Source of the DNA: a virus
Lineage: Duplodnaviria; Caudoviricetes
Strand: one strand, 5' to 3'
Length of the DNA stretch: 32,984 nt
Virus record (IMG/VR): IMGVR_UViG_3300032218_002297
Span: 1 to 32,984 of that record
Shown one piece after another: positions 27,301 through 32,984 of the stretch. Within the stretch, counting starts at the first letter, position 1. Each line of letters opens with the position of its first letter. Under the pieces are notes generated by a model that saw only the letters and a list, made by a program, of their open reading frames with translations, made no database searches and was not told where the DNA came from. The position numbers were made by a program, and so were the translations under genes.

Positions 27301-30300
27301 AGAAACTCCATCGGTATTAAAATCAAATCTTTCTATTGAAAAAGTTGTTCATAAGCGTTGGGCAAAATCAGATATTTCTGATTTACAAAAACAAGTTGAT
27401 AACTTAGAATATTATACTTCATTAAGTTTATTAGAGCAAAAAGCACAAAGTCTACAGGTGCCTGATGTCAATGGATTAAACAGATTTAAAAATGGTATTC
27501 TAGTTGATGACTTTAGTTCATTTGGTACCGCAGATAGTAGTAACCCAGAATATAATGCCAACATCAATATTAGAACACAAAAAATGGGTCCTATTCATGA
27601 TGTTCAAAATTTCCAATTGCAAAATCCTGCGGTTATGGCTTCTGTTGGTAAATTAAGACCATCTACTCAATATGCAGTATCGAGTTTAGGCGGTACAGCA
27701 ACTAATATATTTTCTTTGCCATACACCAGTGCAAATTTAGTTTCACAAAAACTTGCAAGTAATACTGTTAGTGTTAACCCATTCTCAGTTGTTAATGAGC
27801 AAGGCATTTTAACGATGAACCCACCTATTGATAACTGGGTTAATTCAAATCAACCTACTGCAATAACCATAAATGACCCAAATCTACAATTTAATCAAGT
27901 AACTGGTGGTCTTAATTTAACAAATGCCGGTGATTACAAGGCATTACCAGGAACAGCAAAAAATACAGATACAAAAGTAGCTACATTGACTTCAGAACAA
28001 GCATATGCAAGTCAAACAACAGGATTGACTCTTGCATCATCTTCAACAAAATCTGTTGCATTGACATCTAAAAATGCGGGTGTTGTGAATAATACAGCCG
28101 TATTGCCAAATATTAGGGCACAAGAAATTATTATAAGAGCAAAAGGACTGAAAGTAAATACGCCAGTGCATTGTTGGTTTGATGGTAAAAATGTTGACCA
28201 GTATATGACTCAACCTAGTGCAATGGAACTTGTGAATGTACAAGGAATATTTAATGCAGATGATATTATTGGATTTTATGCTCCCAATTCTGGTATATTT
28301 TATCCTTTTGGTAGAGTAATTGGTATATTTTATTATCCAAATGATAATACAAAGTGCAGATTGTACGTAGCCAAAACTATGAATCCTCCGGATTTTGTTG
28401 CAACACAAAAGATTGTCAATGCCGTATTTGATGAAACTGGTGCATATCTACCATCAGGAACAACTGGTCTTGCTGACATTGTTGGTGACGTAACTTCATT
28501 CATTTCAATACATACCGAAGGTTCAGTAACAGGCATTGGTGGTAGTATGAAAACTGTTGACGAGCCTTCTGTTCCAAATCTATTCAAATCACCAAAACAA
28601 AGCAATTGGGGTGCGTTTAGTAATTTATATGGTACATGGGGCGACCAAAATAATGGAGCAAATTACAATGCAAAGTATCGATTTGAAGTTCCAGCTGCTC
28701 TTAACAACACTCAGTTTACTATTAAATTCTCTTGCTATGGTAATGCTACTGTAAACGTAGATAATGTAGTAATTGGAACAGTAGATAAAACTTCTGTTGG
28801 TGAAGGCAAAGAAACAATTGTATATGCTAATTTAACATCAGGTACTCATAATGTAAGTTGGACAGCAACCCACACCAACTTAGCTCAAGGCGCAGATAAA
28901 GCAGGCGGTTCATCTGGATTTGCATTACAAATTACAGATAACAATCAAAATGTTATTTGGAACACATTAACGCCTACCGGAATCGAATACTTTAATGTAA
29001 ACACAGCATATAAAATGCCTGACGGTGGTATATTATATGATGGAGCAAATACAGTAACACTAGATTCTAATGCATCCAGTACTGATGGATACTACGTAGA
29101 TTGTAAAATAGCAATCAAATACTCATATACCTATCAATATAATTATGGTGTAAGTTATTTCCCACCATTTACTCCAGTTGGAGGATTTGATTATCCTGCA
29201 TTTACGTATCCTCCATTTTCAGGAGATGGTGATGGAGCACGGTGGAACGCATATAATGCAAATAAGGCCGCAGCACAAGCTGCATATGATGCTGCATATG
29301 CTGCCGCATATAACCAATTTGAAGATTCGGCCGCAGCAAAATATAAAGCAGAAGCAGCCGCAACACAAGCAAAACAAAAAACACAAAGTGTTATATTATG
29401 TGCAAATGGTACAAAGTATTCAAATATTTACCAATACGATGGAGATACAAGAACTGCATATTTAACTACACGATTGAATGTATCTCAAGGTATAAGTAGT
29501 CAATATGGCGATTTAACTTCTCATTATTCGATTACCGGAACAATAGCTAATCTAAAAACGGCTCTTGCCGGTGGTGGTGTTCCTACATTATCTACAGACG
29601 AACATGGTGAATTTACCGCAGTCTTCCATTGTCCAGGTTCAGTTTTCTTTACTGGAGAAAGAGTTTTCCGTGTAGATAATAGAGAGATGGCTACTCCTAA
29701 TGACCCAAATTCAGCAACAACCTATGCAGAAGGAACATTCTATGCTAGTGGTGTTCAGATTGGATTACAAGCAGGAAGTTTCCAATATTCAAAAGATGCA
29801 GGAGCAAGAACTCTTACTCCTACAATTCAAGATACACAAACATTAACTGGAAATGTTCCTGCTCATGTAGACCCAATTGCACAAACCTTCATTATCAAAA
29901 AAGCGAACTATCCAAATGGAGCATTCTTACGTTCAATTAAATTGTTCTTTGCTCCATATCCATCAGGAACACAACCTACCGTTCCTGTAACTGTTTGTGT
30001 TGTTGGTACAATAAATGGATATCCAAGTGGTCAAATATTAGACCATTCTACAGTTACTTTACCAGCACGTAAGGTAAATACATCTACAACACCACATTAC
30101 TTAGACCCAACAACTTGGACAGAATTTGTATTCCCTGCTCCAGTTTATATTCAACCTGATATATTGTATGCATTCTTAGTCGAATCAAATTCAAGTGAAT
30201 ACATTGTATATTATGGTGGTCAAAATCAAATAGCAGTAAGTTCTACTGTTACTGCACAACCAGGACAAACAGCAAATACAGTAACAAAGATTGGTGCTGC

Positions 30301-31756
30301 TCCTTATGTTGGTGCATTATTTGAATCACAAAATGGTATGACATGGACAGCAGACCAAACTAAAGATTTGATGTTTACAATTGATAAATGTGTGTTTGAT
30401 ATTACCAAAACACCAAAACTTCAGTTTGTGGTACCTCAACGGTTACCACATAGAAAACTTGGAGGAGAAGATTTATATCATAAATTTAATCCAGATATTG
30501 TTTCTAATCTGCGTGGTATTTTCTCTCCTAGTGTAGCATATGATGCATTTAACGTGACAACAACAGATTTTGCAATAGCAGGAACAACTATTGATTATGA
30601 ATATAGAACTATGCGTTACAGTGATAGAACATTTACTGATAGTAAAGCAGTGACACCAGGTAAATATGGTATGCCTTTATCTGAAGATATTTACTTAGAT
30701 GACGGCAATGGAGAAAGATTGTTACACAATCAATCAAATAATTCATTTACGTTATATGCAACACTATCGTCAACTGACCCAAATATTAGTCCTGTTATTT
30801 CTGATGACGGTGTTTCATTGTTTACTGTTAAATACCATATTAACAACATGGGCGTAGATAGTAACTACATTTCTATTGTTGATGGTGGCGAAAATTATAG
30901 CCAAAATACATCACTCATTATGTCTAATCCAGATATTGGTACTAACATAGGAGCATATTCAGCCAGTGTAAATACAACTACAGGAATAATTGAAACTATT
31001 ACTTGTATTGACCCAGGTGAAGGTTATATTACAACTCCTACTATTACTGTTGTTGACCCATCATCACGTATTGGAACAGGAAATGTAACAACAACATCAT
31101 CGAGCAATGTAGTAACTGGAAATGGAACATCATTTACAACTCAAATGAAAGTAGGTTCAAATTTAGTTACGACAGGAAATGTAACTTTAGGTACAATTCA
31201 AACAATTACAAATAATATTTCGTTGATATTGACAACAGATGCTCAGTCTATTGTAACTGCAAACAACTACTATACGAATTATAAAAATGCTGTATTAGAC
31301 GTTCATGGTTCCACTTCAAAAGGTGGTGGTAATGGTTACACCAAGTACTTTACTAAGAAAGTTGTTATGACACCAGGAAATGATTCTGGTGATATGAGAG
31401 TGTATTGTACAGCATATAAACCATTAAGTGGAGACATTTATGTGTATTACAAGATTCTAAATTCAAATGATACTGAAAAATTTGATGACCAAAATTGGCA
31501 ACTAATGACTCAAGTTGGTCCTCAGAACGTATATTCTAAAGACAAAAACAATTACATCGAATATGAATATGCACCAGGTATTTGGGGTAGTGGTAAAGCA
31601 GACAATTATATTAGCTACACAAGTACAAGTGGATTAGTATACAATTCATTTATTCAATTTGCTGTAAAGATAGTTCTAGCATCTAGTGATTCGACTAGTG
31701 TACCGTTTATAAGAGATTTACGTGCCTTAGCATTACCATCAGGAACAGGAATCTAA
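24377..31756 (+). CDS. Very large virion structural protein, DUF4815/VrlC-like (2459 aa)
   Basis: NVSPYYDDFD..KNFHRILFKPG.AVQARELTQ.Q, APGADR, LEYYTSLSLLE, RFKNG.LVD.F and DPIAQTF. Confidence 0.88.
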   Translation: MAQNFNVSPYYDDFDASKNFHRILFKPGYAVQARELTQAQTILQNQISNFADAIFTQNTPVTGGKLSTNMRCYYLKLNTTYNNNAVVAQNFLNQVITDDNGVIFAKVVATTEATAADPPTLIVSYVSGIHFSDNMTLTTVGASTYKATTIGTTGHTTCTGASAVVSISTGVFYVVNGYSKSSTQNPDGTYSNFSIGNFVQVNPQTTILSKYSSTPSVRVGLQINETVYDYINDASLLDPAVGASNYQAPGADRYVITLDLITLPLTPGNDSTFIELMRIENGDIVKQTDSTVYSVIDDYFAKRDYETNGDYVVNDFPLVTSSNFIYPNSDNIGFSPVADGDPAKYDLKIGKGIAYVHGYRLENKSQIRLTGNRARDTASQRQSVFVDYGNYFVVDNLKGSFNTTALTNVDFHCVAPSSINTANATTYSSTLVGTGKIRYLDYVSSTGACTASYIFNAHVCDVGLNNISATVQSATSSNVRFSDTNGHISSVANAYYGATVSILSGAAIGETKKIVSYNGTTKTATLDSVFINTVSASDKVQIIFSTAHVESIVQKNTGVYTIKNSATINAGEGKLNGIATGDTILQDQGHPELIFKLGNQWVADANTANYYSTIIYRNKGFGVGNSLQVSAPTGVNFQGPPGTGIYGETFKQLYTLIDTSTGNILDFTYAGNTATVGANANTVTFTSAEYSSITSGIDVYAQVWAYNADDSSISKIKTFVVNSNTTVESVSTFSSVTSNTKISLSPSDSSPKGQVIIAGSNITRDPMSLYTTDVVSITKVLDTRDKNITPSGSFSSYLDITGSFILNNGQKDNYYDHATIQLKQGAALPQGQILVVYNYYKHSGSGDGYFDVNSYSNDVYLKIPTYTAKDGTTYNLRDCIDFRPSRQNAQTDYVWEYHSGSPSQYGILIPNNLSSFQTIYSYYLARKDKLVLTKDNKFLLVEGTSSLNPEYPTEPASSLLLAKLTHDPYTGFVPGETPSVLKSNLSIEKVVHKRWAKSDISDLQKQVDNLEYYTSLSLLEQKAQSLQVPDVNGLNRFKNGILVDDFSSFGTADSSNPEYNANINIRTQKMGPIHDVQNFQLQNPAVMASVGKLRPSTQYAVSSLGGTATNIFSLPYTSANLVSQKLASNTVSVNPFSVVNEQGILTMNPPIDNWVNSNQPTAITINDPNLQFNQVTGGLNLTNAGDYKALPGTAKNTDTKVATLTSEQAYASQTTGLTLASSSTKSVALTSKNAGVVNNTAVLPNIRAQEIIIRAKGLKVNTPVHCWFDGKNVDQYMTQPSAMELVNVQGIFNADDIIGFYAPNSGIFYPFGRVIGIFYYPNDNTKCRLYVAKTMNPPDFVATQKIVNAVFDETGAYLPSGTTGLADIVGDVTSFISIHTEGSVTGIGGSMKTVDEPSVPNLFKSPKQSNWGAFSNLYGTWGDQNNGANYNAKYRFEVPAALNNTQFTIKFSCYGNATVNVDNVVIGTVDKTSVGEGKETIVYANLTSGTHNVSWTATHTNLAQGADKAGGSSGFALQITDNNQNVIWNTLTPTGIEYFNVNTAYKMPDGGILYDGANTVTLDSNASSTDGYYVDCKIAIKYSYTYQYNYGVSYFPPFTPVGGFDYPAFTYPPFSGDGDGARWNAYNANKAAAQAAYDAAYAAAYNQFEDSAAAKYKAEAAATQAKQKTQSVILCANGTKYSNIYQYDGDTRTAYLTTRLNVSQGISSQYGDLTSHYSITGTIANLKTALAGGGVPTLSTDEHGEFTAVFHCPGSVFFTGERVFRVDNREMATPNDPNSATTYAEGTFYASGVQIGLQAGSFQYSKDAGARTLTPTIQDTQTLTGNVPAHVDPIAQTFIIKKANYPNGAFLRSIKLFFAPYPSGTQPTVPVTVCVVGTINGYPSGQILDHSTVTLPARKVNTSTTPHYLDPTTWTEFVFPAPVYIQPDILYAFLVESNSSEYIVYYGGQNQIAVSSTVTAQPGQTANTVTKIGAAPYVGALFESQNGMTWTADQTKDLMFTIDKCVFDITKTPKLQFVVPQRLPHRKLGGEDLYHKFNPDIVSNLRGIFSPSVAYDAFNVTTTDFAIAGTTIDYEYRTMRYSDRTFTDSKAVTPGKYGMPLSEDIYLDDGNGERLLHNQSNNSFTLYATLSSTDPNISPVISDDGVSLFTVKYHINNMGVDSNYISIVDGGENYSQNTSLIMSNPDIGTNIGAYSASVNTTTGIIETITCIDPGEGYITTPTITVVDPSSRIGTGNVTTTSSSNVVTGNGTSFTTQMKVGSNLVTTGNVTLGTIQTITNNISLILTTDAQSIVTANNYYTNYKNAVLDVHGSTSKGGGNGYTKYFTKKVVMTPGNDSGDMRVYCTAYKPLSGDIYVYYKILNSNDTEKFDDQNWQLMTQVGPQNVYSKDKNNYIEYEYAPGIWGSGKADNYISYTSTSGLVYNSFIQFAVKIVLASSDSTSVPFIRDLRALALPSGTGI

Positions 31757-31757
31757 T

Positions 31758-31988
31758 ATGGACTTAGTAAAAGTTAATGGAACTAATATGGTGAGAGACA
31801 AGAAAAGTATGGCTCTCATCAATACAGATAACAATGAAAAAAATGAATATTATTCCAAAGTTAGATTACTACAGAATCAAAAAGAGCAGATAAATACTGT
31901 AAAATCAGAAATTAATGACATTAGAAATGAGATGAAAGAGATAAAAGAACTAATGCTCAAACTAATAGAAAAAGGTTCAAATGGCTAA
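31758..31988 (+). CDS. Small coiled-coil protein
   Basis: VRD..S.A.IN.D N-terminus and a heptad C-terminus (EINDIRNEMKEIKELM); translationally coupled to neighbours. Confidence 0.8.
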   Translation: MDLVKVNGTNMVRDKKSMALINTDNNEKNEYYSKVRLLQNQKEQINTVKSEINDIRNEMKEIKELMLKLIEKGSNG

Positions 31989-32984
31989 TAACGTTACCCT
32001 TCTTAATTTTGCCAATACATTTGGGGATTGGATTAGAACAACTAATTCGTTGGCAAAAGAAAACAACGACTTAGCCTCAAATAACTATACCAAAGCAACT
32101 GGTACATTGACTCTTGAGGACCCAACACTTGGTTTAGAAGTAACAAGCAATGTGTATGTTCATGGTTTGTTCTCTGTACTAGGTGGAGTATCTGCTTCAT
32201 ATTTTCAAAATGGACTAACAGCAGATGGCACCATTACAGGAAGAGCATCAGGTACAGGATTAAGTATCTCAAATAATGCTACTATATCAGGTAATACTAT
32301 AGTAGGAAAAACTCTTACTATTAATGGAGCAAATACAGGTTTAGTTGTAGCAAACAATGCTAATATTAGTGGTATTCTACGAGTAACAGGTGCAGCAAAT
32401 GTAAATGGTGCAATGACTCTCAACAATAGTTTGAGTGTTGTTGGTAATACATTCTTGCTGAACAATCTTACTACATCAAACACTATCACTGCAAATGTAT
32501 TGCAAGCTAATATTGCAGTCAATACAGCAACTATGTCTGTTGTTGGTAATATGTATGGTGACGTTCTATTTGCAAATGCATCTATTACAACACCAACTAT
32601 CTATAATGAGGTAACTCAAGCAAACAATGCAGTTAATACTGCAACAATTTCTATAGTAGGAGACGCATGGACAAATGTTCTTTTGGCAAATGCATCTGTA
32701 ACAACACCAACAGTATACAGCACGGACGTTCAAGCAAACAACACAGTAAACACAGCAACGTTAAGTGTTGTAGGAACAACGTACACGAACAGAACTCAAG
32801 CAAACTCGACAGTCAATACTGCAACCCTAAGTGTTGTAGGAACAACGTACACAGACGTAACACAATCTAATACAGTAGTCAATACGGCAACATTAAGCGT
32901 TTCTGCTGTTACTTATGTAAAAGATGTGGTTGCTAATACGTCCGTTAGAGTACCTAATGTATATACTAACGTTACACAATCCAA
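31981..32984 (+). CDS. Tail fibre-like protein, runs off the window end; not in the ORF track
   Basis: Reads MANNVTLLNFANTFGDWIRTTNSLAKENN... from 31981, with an NTF.DW..TN fibre N-terminal motif and Asn/Thr/Val-rich beta repeats. Confidence 0.8.
   Translation, partial: MANNVTLLNFANTFGDWIRTTNSLAKENNDLASNNYTKATGTLTLEDPTLGLEVTSNVYVHGLFSVLGGVSASYFQNGLTADGTITGRASGTGLSISNNATISGNTIVGKTLTINGANTGLVVANNANISGILRVTGAANVNGAMTLNNSLSVVGNTFLLNNLTTSNTITANVLQANIAVNTATMSVVGNMYGDVLFANASITTPTIYNEVTQANNAVNTATISIVGDAWTNVLLANASVTTPTVYSTDVQANNTVNTATLSVVGTTYTNRTQANSTVNTATLSVVGTTYTDVTQSNTVVNTATLSVSAVTYVKDVVANTSVRVPNVYTNVTQS
32503..32930 (+). repeat. Degenerate 66-nt / 22-aa repeats (QAN..VNTATLSVVG..YT)
   Basis: TAAGTGTTGTAGGAACAACGTACAC is identical at 32762-32786 and 32828-32852; more degenerate copies flank these. 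Confidence 0.8.

Noticed and set aside
24377-31756. Intein or intron in the very long ORF
   Set aside because: No Hint or LAGLIDADG motifs noticed and no frame interruption; the length is normal for DUF4815/VrlC-like proteins.

Overview
AT-rich segment of a large T4-like (Tevenvirinae-like, environmental) myovirus genome. Positions 1-2936 form an accessory block that the ORF track only partly shows. It holds the tag-coding part of a tmRNA (tag ANDAYFGDERLAA, probably two-piece/permuted), a 24-aa pqqA precursor peptide gene, a DUF401/IT-superfamily-like inner-membrane transporter, a small outer-membrane beta-barrel, a small protein behind a pseudoknotted leader and a SleB-like hydrolase. Next come gp33-gp59-gp32, then a minus-strand block: gp4, gp2, gp54-like, gp26, a start-less gp51 apparently reached by a -1 frameshift, and two paralogous tape-measure-like proteins, one with a GH24 lysozyme domain. 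The long plus-strand baseplate/tail operon follows: gp48, gp53, hub, gp5, PAAR, gp25, gp6, gp7, a repeat fibre-like protein, gp8, a 2459-aa DUF4815/VrlC-like protein and a truncated fibre gene. Top leads are the tmRNA-pqqA-transporter-porin host-physiology cassette, a lambda G/GT-style frameshift joining gp26 to gp51, and three late promoters each placed exactly 4 nt before an SD-less ATG (probable leaderless mRNAs). All family assignments are from motif recognition and synteny, not database searches.
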